IMG/VR virus record: IMGVR_UViG_3300045988_182168
Coordinates: 1-53,677 of that record
Length of the DNA stretch: 53,677 nucleotides
DNA from: a virus
Strand: one strand, 5' to 3'
Part shown: positions 28,197-37,953 of the stretch, one piece after another
Position numbering within the stretch: position 1 is the first letter of the stretch
Layout of the letters: the number at the start of each line of letters is the position of its first letter
The notes under the pieces: model-generated
Databases searched by the model: none
Told to the model about the DNA's origin: nothing
Seen by the model: the letters and a program-made list of their open reading frames with translations, nothing else
Program-made: the position numbers and the translations under genes

Positions 28197-29362
28197 GTAA
28201 TTACGATTTTGAAAAAACTACATTGGAACATTACAAAGAAATTTTTAAGAAGAAATTAGAAGATGGGTCAGATTATCATCTGATTAGTTCTGATGAAAAT
28301 TTCCTAGATTATATTGAAAATCGTGAGGATATTAGTAATTGGTTTGTGATGGATTCTAGTTTGAATGCTGAAAGGCTTGCTGAGTTATTTGAATTTATCA
28401 ATCAAGTGTATTTATCTTCAAAAGTAGAGGTTCCAACTAAATCAGGTAATCTTGTTGTCGGGGCTACTGGTAGGGATTTAGATGCTATTGGTAAACTATT
28501 TGCATGTCCAAGACCAACCTCTACTAAAGCTGGTGTTGAATTAACATTTACTTTAGATAGGGGTTTGCCTTCTGATGTTACTGAACCTGCAGGTGTTCAA
28601 GTTACAAGTAAATCTGGTGTAATCTTTGAAACTGTTGAAGATATATATTTTGCTGCAGGTAATACTGAATGCACTGTTCAAGCTTTTGCTATTAACTCAG
28701 GAACTGGAAGCAGAGTTGCCGCGAATACATTGACAAAGGTTTTGTCAAGAGTGGATAATATCCCTGTTGCTTTTAGTGTTACTAATTTAACAAGTGCTGC
28801 AGGAGGTAGTGATGCTTATGGTGATGATGATTATCGTGATTTAATTAAAAATTGGATTAAAGTCCATTTGAAAGGTCATCATTATGCTTATATCAATTAT
28901 TTTGCACGTGTTGATGGTGTTGATAGTTACAAATTGATTCCTAATTGGGCAGGTACAGGAACTATTAAGATTGTTGTTGATCCTGGAGATCCATATACTT
29001 TGAATAAAATTTATGATGAAATTAACAATGATGTGACTCAAGAAACAGAATCAATTGTGTTGATGGCACCTATTTTAAAAACTGTTGATGTTTATGCGGT
29101 TTGCAATGTTGATATTGATACTATTAATCATTACAGTAATAATGAGAAAGCAGATATTGCTAGTAAGATTACTGCGACCATTAATAGATATATTGATAAT
29201 ATGAAGTTAGGTGAGGATTTCATCCCCCATAAATTGGCTGTTTATTTAGATAATGAAATTCCAGAATTGAAAAATATTGATTTTACTTATCCTGAAGCAC
29301 CAATTACAATTAATGATGAAGAGAAAAGTGTTGCAGGAACTATTGAAATTACACTGGAATAA
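28193..29362 (+). CDS. baseplate J-like protein
   Basis: 389 aa directly after the gp25-like gene. Size and order as in PBSX XkdT / P2 gpJ. Confidence 0.65.
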   Translation: MSNYDFEKTTLEHYKEIFKKKLEDGSDYHLISSDENFLDYIENREDISNWFVMDSSLNAERLAELFEFINQVYLSSKVEVPTKSGNLVVGATGRDLDAIGKLFACPRPTSTKAGVELTFTLDRGLPSDVTEPAGVQVTSKSGVIFETVEDIYFAAGNTECTVQAFAINSGTGSRVAANTLTKVLSRVDNIPVAFSVTNLTSAAGGSDAYGDDDYRDLIKNWIKVHLKGHHYAYINYFARVDGVDSYKLIPNWAGTGTIKIVVDPGDPYTLNKIYDEINNDVTQETESIVLMAPILKTVDVYAVCNVDIDTINHYSNNEKADIASKITATINRYIDNMKLGEDFIPHKLAVYLDNEIPELKNIDFTYPEAPITINDEEKSVAGTIEITLE

Positions 29363-29387
29363 TAATGAATTTTTTGGTGATATTTTC

Positions 29388-32192
29388 ATGTATAAAAGTT
29401 TAGAATATTTGCTGAAAAAATATCCTTTCTTTTTGGATAAAAAAGAAGAGAGTAATTTTACTAAAACTAAGAAAGTTTTCAATAATCGATTGCAAAATAT
29501 AAATAATGATTTGTTTAAGGTTTATCTTGCAGGTAAATTGGAAAAACATCTTTTGATTTGGAAAGTTCAAGAACAACCTCATTATTTTGATATTTATTTC
29601 CATGTTAGTTTTGATTATATTAAATCTGTTGAGATTATCAGAAATTATATTAAAATTAGTTCGCAGGAAATTAAGCTGGATGATGGCACTACTAAAATTG
29701 TAGAGTTTAAGGAAGAAGTTGATGAAGTCATATATACTGAAACATTTGAATATGAAGATGAAATTAATAAGTTTGAATATCTTTATGAAGGATACTCGCA
29801 AACTATCATTCCAGAAGATAAATATAAAATAAATGTGGAAACATATGAAGAATATTCATTAACAAAAGGATTCCCAGAAAACAATCAAAGATATGGTGAT
29901 GAATATGACCATGACTACAGCCTAGATGCATTTGGAATATTATACAACATACCCAGAAAACAATACATTACTGTGAATGAAAGTCAATATTCGAAAACAG
30001 AACCACCATACAACAACCAAACAACAGAAGATGATTACCATTACTTGAAAAGAATACTCTATTACATCGAACATTTACATGACACTCCACTTCCAGTATT
30101 AGAAATCTATAAACTATTTGGGATAAAAGCTAAAATGCTCAATCGTGAAAGGTTAATAGCAAGAATGATTGATATTGAAAGACACATGGTTGATGGAGAG
30201 TATAATAGGGAATGGATTCCTCAAAGATGGGAACACAAAGACCAATGGTGCAACAAAGATGATGAACAATTATTCTTCCTAGCTAATGTAAACAACCCCT
30301 CACCAGTCCAAGGACAAAAATTTACATTTGATTTTAAAGTATTGGACAGTCTTGCAAAGGAAATCTGGAATACTCAATCATATAATCTAATTAATGAAGA
30401 AATATTTGAAGACTCTGAAACACCATTTTTAATTGTCCCATATATCAACAATAATGTGGTTCCGAATTTAATATTATATTCTGATAAAAAATGGACATTA
30501 AACACTGATGATATCAATCATGAAAATGCAATATTCAATTTCAAATTATTCAAAAACATTGAAGAAATAGAACAAGACCTAATAATTACAAAAGGAATTT
30601 ATGAAGTTGGTGAAAATGACATTGTTTCTGAAGAAATATTAATAACTGTAAGAGGATGTAACACTGCAGATTGGTATGTAAATCCGATAGGAGGAAATGA
30701 TAAAAACAAAGGAACAACAAAAACAACTGCATTCAAAACAGTGGATAAAGCTTTATCAAACGTAAATGGGGAGAAAAACATCATCACATTGATGTCTGGA
30801 GAATATTCATTATCAAAAACATATCAAATCACAAATGACACCAACATCATCACATGCCCAAATGATGATGTAATCATATGGTGTGAAACCCCTACATTTT
30901 TCAGAGTAATGCAAGACAGAAAATTATATCTTCAAAATGTTACATTAAGACATAACTGTGGTTTATTATATGCCAAAGACACATTATTCACAAACAACAA
31001 TAATGTCAACACTTCATTAGATGTTAAAGTCCATAAAAAATATAATATGGTCGAAACAAAAATATCTAATTTCATCATTCCAGAAGATTTAATTTACTCT
31101 GATAAATATACCATTACTGGAAAACTCGTTACAACAGAGGATACTGCAATAGATAATGAAGAAATAGATTTATACATTGATGAGGAACTTCAGTCAACTG
31201 TAACAACAAATGAAAAGGGTGTTTTCACATTTAACAATATTTCATTCATGGATACAGATACACATAATTTCCAAGTAAAACATAACGACCACAAAAATAA
31301 TGATGGGAAAAATTACTGCCGCTGTGAATCTGAAACTGTTTCTAGAAAAGTTGGAATAATGCCAACAACATTGACTGCAAGTGTAAGTAATGAAACTAAA
31401 TTAACCAATGTTTTGACTGAAGAAAATAGAGAAATACATGCTTTAATTAAATCATTCAAGATTAAAGACCATAATAACAAAATCGCTCCTGGAAAACTAC
31501 AACTAATTGAAAATAAATCAATACTTGAAACAATAGACACTACAAATAAATTTAATTACATTCCACAGACAACAGGAGTTCATGAATATACATTAAAATA
31601 TATTCCTGATTATGGGTATGAAGCGAGAACAATTACATTAACAACAACTGTGGTAAAAACAAATGTTGTCATTAGAATTGCTCAGGAGCAACAATATTAT
31701 TCATTGAAAGATACTATCACAGTTAACGGCACTATTGAAACTGAAGACGGGTTCGCTCTTGGATATGGTGTGCTCAAAATAGGATTCTCATCACAATCTA
31801 ATATTGATCATCACAATGGAATATATTCAAAAACATTTACTAATCCAGGACTTGGATTATACACATGCACAGTATCATATGTTGAAAATTCATTCTTCAA
31901 AGCAGCAACAAAAAATTACTCATTCACAGTAATTGAAGTCGAAACTCTTGTCCATGATATTACTCGGTCTGGAGAACATCAGGATGTAATTATTCTTGAT
32001 GAAATACCTAATGACTTGTCAAATTATGGTGCAAATGATTTGATTCTCGTGCCTTCAGGAAATTATAAACAATTATTGCTTCAAGATACATTAGACACAA
32101 CAGAATTAACAGATGATGACATGATTTTGTTGAATGATGATTCTAATGAATTGGATGTTTTAATTATTGAAATAGATGAGGAGGAAGATTAA
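29388..32192 (+). CDS. large baseplate/tail-fibre protein with beta-helix (pectate-lyase-like) and Ig-like regions
   Basis: ATG 29388. The N-terminus resembles tail protein I/XkdU-type proteins. 'WYVNPIGGNDKNKGTTKTTAFKTVDKALSNVNGEKNIITLMSGEYSL' is the typical start of right-handed beta-helix adhesin-like domains. Confidence 0.6.
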   Translation: MYKSLEYLLKKYPFFLDKKEESNFTKTKKVFNNRLQNINNDLFKVYLAGKLEKHLLIWKVQEQPHYFDIYFHVSFDYIKSVEIIRNYIKISSQEIKLDDGTTKIVEFKEEVDEVIYTETFEYEDEINKFEYLYEGYSQTIIPEDKYKINVETYEEYSLTKGFPENNQRYGDEYDHDYSLDAFGILYNIPRKQYITVNESQYSKTEPPYNNQTTEDDYHYLKRILYYIEHLHDTPLPVLEIYKLFGIKAKMLNRERLIARMIDIERHMVDGEYNREWIPQRWEHKDQWCNKDDEQLFFLANVNNPSPVQGQKFTFDFKVLDSLAKEIWNTQSYNLINEEIFEDSETPFLIVPYINNNVVPNLILYSDKKWTLNTDDINHENAIFNFKLFKNIEEIEQDLIITKGIYEVGENDIVSEEILITVRGCNTADWYVNPIGGNDKNKGTTKTTAFKTVDKALSNVNGEKNIITLMSGEYSLSKTYQITNDTNIITCPNDDVIIWCETPTFFRVMQDRKLYLQNVTLRHNCGLLYAKDTLFTNNNNVNTSLDVKVHKKYNMVETKISNFIIPEDLIYSDKYTITGKLVTTEDTAIDNEEIDLYIDEELQSTVTTNEKGVFTFNNISFMDTDTHNFQVKHNDHKNNDGKNYCRCESETVSRKVGIMPTTLTASVSNETKLTNVLTEENREIHALIKSFKIKDHNNKIAPGKLQLIENKSILETIDTTNKFNYIPQTTGVHEYTLKYIPDYGYEARTITLTTTVVKTNVVIRIAQEQQYYSLKDTITVNGTIETEDGFALGYGVLKIGFSSQSNIDHHNGIYSKTFTNPGLGLYTCTVSYVENSFFKAATKNYSFTVIEVETLVHDITRSGEHQDVIILDEIPNDLSNYGANDLILVPSGNYKQLLLQDTLDTTELTDDDMILLNDDSNELDVLIIEIDEEED

Positions 32193-32456
32193 ATGGCTTG
32201 TAAATATGCTAGAGGGAAATATAATATTACTCCAAATGATTATGATCTCACTTTTGATTATAATGAAATTCCCTCTAACATTGATATGGAAGATGCTATT
32301 AATTTAAGTGCAAGATTACAAAATTTAATGCCTTTGACGAAAATTTTGCATTTGAACTTAGACACGAAATCTACTTCGGATTTGGAGTTAATTACTCTAC
32401 ATTCAAATGCAAAAATTACTTTTAACAATCAAACAATGGAGTTGAAATTCGTATGA
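32193..32456 (+). CDS. hypothetical tail protein
   Basis: 87-aa ORF tightly packed in the fibre block. Confidence 0.35.
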   Translation: MACKYARGKYNITPNDYDLTFDYNEIPSNIDMEDAINLSARLQNLMPLTKILHLNLDTKSTSDLELITLHSNAKITFNNQTMELKFV

Positions 32457-33133
32457 TTAATGTGAATGGAGAATATTATTTCAAGGTACACTTGCAATCG
32501 ATGTTCCTAAATGAAATATTGGAAATCAAAAGGACTAATCTTATTACTTTTCGTGGTGAAGCATTCTTCATGAATAGATGGTTGAATGAAGAATTTGAAC
32601 CAATAAAATATATTTGCCTGGGAAAAGGAACTGCTAACCCTCGTAAATCTGATGAAAAGTTATCCATGCAAACAGTACAGAAAACCTGTAAAACACAGGT
32701 GGATTTAATAAACAAACAAATTATTTTATCGGCAGATTTCACAGCTTTGGAAATACAAGATACTACTGAAATTGGCGTTAAAACTGCATGTGATAGATTA
32801 GTAAGTCATGATTCATATACAATAATTTCATCAATTTTAGATAATGTTACAAGTACTGTTCATTTAGATTACTATTTCAAAATGGGAACAGGTAGTGTAC
32901 GTGGAAATTGGAAAGTATCTGATGAAGAAAATAATGTTTATCGGATTTATGAACCAAATACTGTTGTAGGAGTAATTGAAAACAATACGAATAGTGGATA
33001 TGTAAGGAAAACAAGTATTGCAGAATTAACTCCTGGAAGCTATTACTATAATAAAAATACTAAGGATTTATATATTAAAAATAGTTCAAATTCAGATCCT
33101 AATAATGATGAAATAATTGTTCAAACAATATGA
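32453..33133 (+). CDS. hypothetical tail protein
   Basis: ATGA-coupled 226-aa ORF. Confidence 0.4.
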   Translation: MINVNGEYYFKVHLQSMFLNEILEIKRTNLITFRGEAFFMNRWLNEEFEPIKYICLGKGTANPRKSDEKLSMQTVQKTCKTQVDLINKQIILSADFTALEIQDTTEIGVKTACDRLVSHDSYTIISSILDNVTSTVHLDYYFKMGTGSVRGNWKVSDEENNVYRIYEPNTVVGVIENNTNSGYVRKTSIAELTPGSYYYNKNTKDLYIKNSSNSDPNNDEIIVQTI

Positions 33134-33145
33134 GGGAGATAAATT

Positions 33146-35443
33146 ATGGCAAACTGTCCTGCAAAATATAAAAACCTTGGTTTAACCAGTTTCGATGAAC
33201 AAAAAGACATCACTGTTCAAATGCTAAGGCAAATATGTATGAATGATGAATGGTTGAAACAAGAAATAGAAAAAGTGAAATATGAAACCCCTGCAGTAAA
33301 CAGAAAACGATTCAGTCCTATTGCAGTAGATTCAAACAATAGTTATGGGTACAAAATAAGTAGTAATAATGATGTTGTTTTTGACTCTTCAACAAGTAAA
33401 GAAGTAGAAATTGATTTCAGTGATTTAAGTTTGATTGATACAGCAAAAACTACATGTGCTATTGAATCTATTATTGATAATGGTCAAATAATCAATCAAG
33501 CAAAAGTAAAAAAACAAACTACTTCATCTGTAGATAAATCAACTAGAAACTATAGTCCATGGGCTGTGAAAGATTCATCAGGGAATATTATTGGTGGAGA
33601 CATGATAGCTAATGAACATTGGTATGTTGGTTTTGACCGAAATAGACATTATGAAACAAGACCTAATTGGTTGGAAAATCAATTAAACAATGAAATACCT
33701 AGTGTTGGGAGGGCTCAAACTTTTGAAGCTAAAAAAACGGGTTTACTTGAATCTGTTGTGTTGAATATTAAAGTTAATGAAGGTCAAGATAAATATAATA
33801 CTGCTTCACCACTAATTGTTCAAATAAGAAAAACAATCGATAAAGATGGAGTATTATATCCTGAAGAATTGGCTTGCGGGTATGATGGAAAATATTCAGT
33901 CCTTGCCGAGCAAGAAATAAGATTTATCAATACTAGTCCAAATATTGTTAGTATACCATTTGATCATCCATGTACTGTTGAAAAAGGTCAAACTTATGCT
34001 ATTGTAGTTTTATCTCCATTAAGTCATCCAACACACACCTATTGGGTAGGTGGTTGGAACAAACATTGTCATGCTGATGTTTATACAGAAGGGGATGCAT
34101 TTTTTACTTTCAACAATGGTATGACTTGGATAAAGTATGGGAAAGATGATGATGTGGAATATCATCAGGGAAAATATGCTCCGCAGGATTTTGCATTTCA
34201 AGCACATATTAGGGAGTTTAAAACTGGTTATATTACTAATACTGATGAATGGTTATATTTGAAACCTATATTCAGTAATCCTGTTAAAAGGGTTAGGATA
34301 AATGCAATTGATACTGGAGAAGCAAGTGATGGTAATCTTCAATTGGAATATTGGGGTAGTAATGATGGGAGAAATTGGACAAAATTCACTAATAATCAAT
34401 TATATTTCAATATTCCTAATTGTATGACTTTTATTAAGGTTCGTATGAGAACTAAGATTAATGATACTCCCATCATCGAGTATATGCGTGTAGAATTAGA
34501 GACAGATATTCCTGAACAGATGTATGTGAGAACGCATTATTACTTCCCAAAAACAAGTGCAATGTTGGGAGCTAATGCGTGGGCTAAAGTAAATGCCCCT
34601 TTTAAAGTAGAACCGTCCGTTTCTTGTGAAGCGGAAATTATTAGAAACTGCGAAGTAATGGAGCATTTTGTAATCATAGAACCTAAAGACATACAAAACT
34701 TTACATGGTTAAATGAGATAGATGCAATTAAAGTCACAGGTAAAACGAATAGTCAAAATCGCAAATATTTAATTGATCATCCAAGTGCTGTGGAAGCATT
34801 AAAAGAACATCAAATATATGTTACTGGATACATGGAAAATGAAGTTTATGTTCCTGGATTCTTTGATGGGTTTGAATTCACATCATCTCCAGCATATCCA
34901 ATAATAGAATGTACACTACAACCAATCACGGGTAAAACAAAAATTTATGGTGAATGGTATGATTTCACATTTGATTATGAGAATGATAAATTAACATTTT
35001 TCAGTAATGTTCTTCAAACAATTGCCCCGGGAACATTAACTATTAAATATAATCCTTTATTCATTGACCACTTGGCAAATGAAGAAATGCCATTAATATT
35101 AGATTATTTCAAAGAAACAATACAAATCACAGAAGATATGTTAAATAATCGTAAGATTCCATTAAGGGCTCCGGCATTAGATCCGCTTAGAGATATATTT
35201 TTGAATGGTGAAGAAATCATAGAAGACAATGATTTCACAATGGATTATACTACTAATGAATTATGTTTCCCTGTAGTGAACATTGATGATCAAGCTACAA
35301 TATTATCATTAAATGATATTCTTGAAGTAGTGTACACTCCAAGTCTGGATGATGCGGGAATAAGTATTGGATATTATGCCACACGTGAGAATATTAGAAA
35401 ACAATGTTATATAAAACCAAATTACATGGAATTCAAAACATAG
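33146..35443 (+). CDS. large tail fibre / receptor-binding protein (putative)
   Basis: 765-aa ORF in the fibre block. No recognisable catalytic motif. Confidence 0.45.
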   Translation: MANCPAKYKNLGLTSFDEQKDITVQMLRQICMNDEWLKQEIEKVKYETPAVNRKRFSPIAVDSNNSYGYKISSNNDVVFDSSTSKEVEIDFSDLSLIDTAKTTCAIESIIDNGQIINQAKVKKQTTSSVDKSTRNYSPWAVKDSSGNIIGGDMIANEHWYVGFDRNRHYETRPNWLENQLNNEIPSVGRAQTFEAKKTGLLESVVLNIKVNEGQDKYNTASPLIVQIRKTIDKDGVLYPEELACGYDGKYSVLAEQEIRFINTSPNIVSIPFDHPCTVEKGQTYAIVVLSPLSHPTHTYWVGGWNKHCHADVYTEGDAFFTFNNGMTWIKYGKDDDVEYHQGKYAPQDFAFQAHIREFKTGYITNTDEWLYLKPIFSNPVKRVRINAIDTGEASDGNLQLEYWGSNDGRNWTKFTNNQLYFNIPNCMTFIKVRMRTKINDTPIIEYMRVELETDIPEQMYVRTHYYFPKTSAMLGANAWAKVNAPFKVEPSVSCEAEIIRNCEVMEHFVIIEPKDIQNFTWLNEIDAIKVTGKTNSQNRKYLIDHPSAVEALKEHQIYVTGYMENEVYVPGFFDGFEFTSSPAYPIIECTLQPITGKTKIYGEWYDFTFDYENDKLTFFSNVLQTIAPGTLTIKYNPLFIDHLANEEMPLILDYFKETIQITEDMLNNRKIPLRAPALDPLRDIFLNGEEIIEDNDFTMDYTTNELCFPVVNIDDQATILSLNDILEVVYTPSLDDAGISIGYYATRENIRKQCYIKPNYMEFKT

Positions 35444-35454
35444 GAGCTGATTAA

Positions 35455-36270
35455 ATGGAATTTGAAACAAATGTTACAAGTAGAGATGATGAAGGCCATA
35501 TTATTGGTGCTGATGTGAATTTTTATGATGACTCTGGAAATCGTGTTCATCAAGTAGTAATCTGTGAAGAACAACAATTGCAAGATTTGGTTGATGCAAT
35601 TGAAGAATTAGATACACGTTATGTAAGACCTGATGAATTAAAGAATATACTTGCTAATGCTGCTGAAGATACTGTGATTAATGCTACAAAATTAAATGAT
35701 TTGAATAGTGCTTCTTTTGCATTAAGGAATCATAATCATGATTCAAAATATTGTGGGAAATATCATGCTTCAACTGCAAATGAGTATGGTGTAGGGAATC
35801 AATCAGAGTATGGGCATGTGAAAACAAGAAATAATTTAACAGCACCTAATTTCATAGGAGGTGAAGCTTTAGCTGCTTATCAAGGCACACTTTTGAATCA
35901 GCGTTTAGCTTCTGTGGAATCTTCTTCAGACGAACTTGCTGAAAAATATTATCGGAATAGTTTACGTATCAAAATAGGCAGGTGGAGTGATAATCAAGGT
36001 GAAGATGGAACTAGAATTCAAATAGCGCACGGTTCGGGTAATGGTATTTATGCCCAATTATATTGTGATAAACCAGGGTTTAAGATAAATAATAGAGATT
36101 TGATTCTTGTAATAAATGGGGTGCCATATGTAAGAACAACAGATAATAATGGTAAATCAGAAAAACTAACAATAAAATTGGATAAAGGAACTTACCTCAT
36201 GTCTGCATTTAGTAGGGGCCATGATGGAGTAAATTCTTCCTTTACTCAGAAAATTGTTGAGGTATTATAA
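35455..36270 (+). CDS. tail fibre protein
   Basis: 271 aa. 'LRNHNHDSKY' HxH motif shared with the downstream fibre genes. Confidence 0.45.
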   Translation: MEFETNVTSRDDEGHIIGADVNFYDDSGNRVHQVVICEEQQLQDLVDAIEELDTRYVRPDELKNILANAAEDTVINATKLNDLNSASFALRNHNHDSKYCGKYHASTANEYGVGNQSEYGHVKTRNNLTAPNFIGGEALAAYQGTLLNQRLASVESSSDELAEKYYRNSLRIKIGRWSDNQGEDGTRIQIAHGSGNGIYAQLYCDKPGFKINNRDLILVINGVPYVRTTDNNGKSEKLTIKLDKGTYLMSAFSRGHDGVNSSFTQKIVEVL

Positions 36271-36312
36271 AATTTAATCTTAATTATTAAGGAGTGGGGG
36301 GTATGATATTTT

Positions 36313-36927
36313 GTGATAGAAATACAATTAAAAGCTGAAAATCAGCGCCTCAAAAGAACAGATAAAGAACCAATTGTAGGATATTCCAAAAATATAATCA
36401 AAGCAAAATTCACAATCGAAGGAGACATTTGGAAGGATGTAGATAAATTTGCTATTTTCACAGATGCATTTGACAACAAAACAACCGTACATTTAGGGCC
36501 TGAATCTAATTGTAATTGTATTGTTCCATCATCATGTTTGAAAACTAGTTTTTTTAAAATAACCGTTTATGGTGGGAATTTAATCCTTACAAATGCAATT
36601 ACTATTCCTTTAGTGGAAAGTGAGTATTCTAGAAAACATCACAGTAATTATGACGATTGTAGTAAAGATATTTTTGTAGAAATCTTTCAGCATATAAACT
36701 CTAAAGTAGATAATATTCTTTTTGATGAGGGGTGCCTTCATATTTTTAGTAATGGAGTCCTTATTGATTCAGTTTATTTACCATTTCTAAATGAAGTTCA
36801 AGTACATGAATATGTTAAGGAACAGATAGAAGGGTACATTACATATAATCAATTGAATAAATTTCTCAAAGAACAAGGCTATATAAAAAGTGTTTATATG
36901 ATTGGTGATGAAATAGTATTCAAATAA
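36313..36927 (+). CDS. hypothetical fibre-module protein (GTG start)
   Basis: The frame opens at 36307 and GTG 36313 is its only start, after GGAGTGGGGGG. Confidence 0.4.
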   Translation: MIEIQLKAENQRLKRTDKEPIVGYSKNIIKAKFTIEGDIWKDVDKFAIFTDAFDNKTTVHLGPESNCNCIVPSSCLKTSFFKITVYGGNLILTNAITIPLVESEYSRKHHSNYDDCSKDIFVEIFQHINSKVDNILFDEGCLHIFSNGVLIDSVYLPFLNEVQVHEYVKEQIEGYITYNQLNKFLKEQGYIKSVYMIGDEIVFK

Positions 36928-36958
36928 AAAAAAATTTTTTAAAAGGAGTATAATAATT

Positions 36959-37867
36959 ATGCCGGAAACAAACCAAAACTCAGAAATAAGATTAAATATG
37001 GGGCAGTGGTTAGCTTCAAAAAACAAAGAAGATAAAAGCAATAAAGTAACCAGTATTTCTGCAGCATCTACTGACACCCAATATCCTAGTGCAAAATGCA
37101 TGCATGATGAATTAAAAAATAAAGCTGATGCAGAGGATATACCAACAAAAACATCTGCCTTAGCCAATGATGGTGATGGGTCCAATCCTTTTATTACTCA
37201 ACATCAAGACATATCTGGTAAAGAAGATAAAAGCAATAAAGTTAGTAAGTGGAGTACAACACCTACTAACAATAATTTCCCATCAGAAAAATTAGTTAAA
37301 GATAGTTTAAATAATAAAGCAGATTCATCCAGCCTTGCTACTGTCGCAACAACTGGAGATTATGATGATTTAAGTAACACACCAACAATCCCTACTGTTG
37401 TTGATACAGTTCAAAATAACAATAATAATGCTGTAACATCTAATGCAGTTTATGATGCATTAGAATTAAAAGCTAATGCAGGACATACACATTCTACTAG
37501 TGAAGTATTAGACCCTGTAGCACATCCGAATATTGGGACTGCTGCAAATGCAACCCAATCAACAATTAATAGGGCTGTAGATAATACAATACAATCTCTA
37601 TTGCATGTTGATATGATAGTGCCTGTTGAAACTAAACCAACACCTAATAAATCAACTATGAACAGGTTATATCTTGTTCCAGAAACTGATCCTCAAACAG
37701 ATGATGAGTATCAGGTATGGTGTACTATTCGCAGCGGAACTGAGGGTAATTATCAGTATGATTGGAAAAAATTAGATCCTGTTAGATTGGACTTGTCAGG
37801 GTATGTGCGTAAATCAGATGTTAGTTTAGCTATTGAAAATGATGAGATTGTATTGAATTTAGGTTAA
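36959..37867 (+). CDS. tail fibre protein
   Basis: Repeated 'EDKSNKV' and 'Y/FPS.K' fibre-like motifs plus 'AGHTHSTSE'. Confidence 0.55.
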   Translation: MPETNQNSEIRLNMGQWLASKNKEDKSNKVTSISAASTDTQYPSAKCMHDELKNKADAEDIPTKTSALANDGDGSNPFITQHQDISGKEDKSNKVSKWSTTPTNNNFPSEKLVKDSLNNKADSSSLATVATTGDYDDLSNTPTIPTVVDTVQNNNNNAVTSNAVYDALELKANAGHTHSTSEVLDPVAHPNIGTAANATQSTINRAVDNTIQSLLHVDMIVPVETKPTPNKSTMNRLYLVPETDPQTDDEYQVWCTIRSGTEGNYQYDWKKLDPVRLDLSGYVRKSDVSLAIENDEIVLNLG

Positions 37868-37953
37868 TATCTAATAAAATTTAATTTAAATTCTTTTTAT
37901 TTTATTTTTTTTAATTTTGTATATATTATTTTTTTTTTAGGAGTTGATTTATT

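Noticed and set aside
29400-29801. Minus-strand ORFs antisense to structural or ATPase genes (29400-29801, 36787-37185, 48764-49126, 11139-11468, 32476-32742 and others in the track)
   Set aside because: They have Ile/Phe/Asn-rich products typical of random frames in AT-rich DNA. They overlap well-supported plus-strand genes and have no SD.
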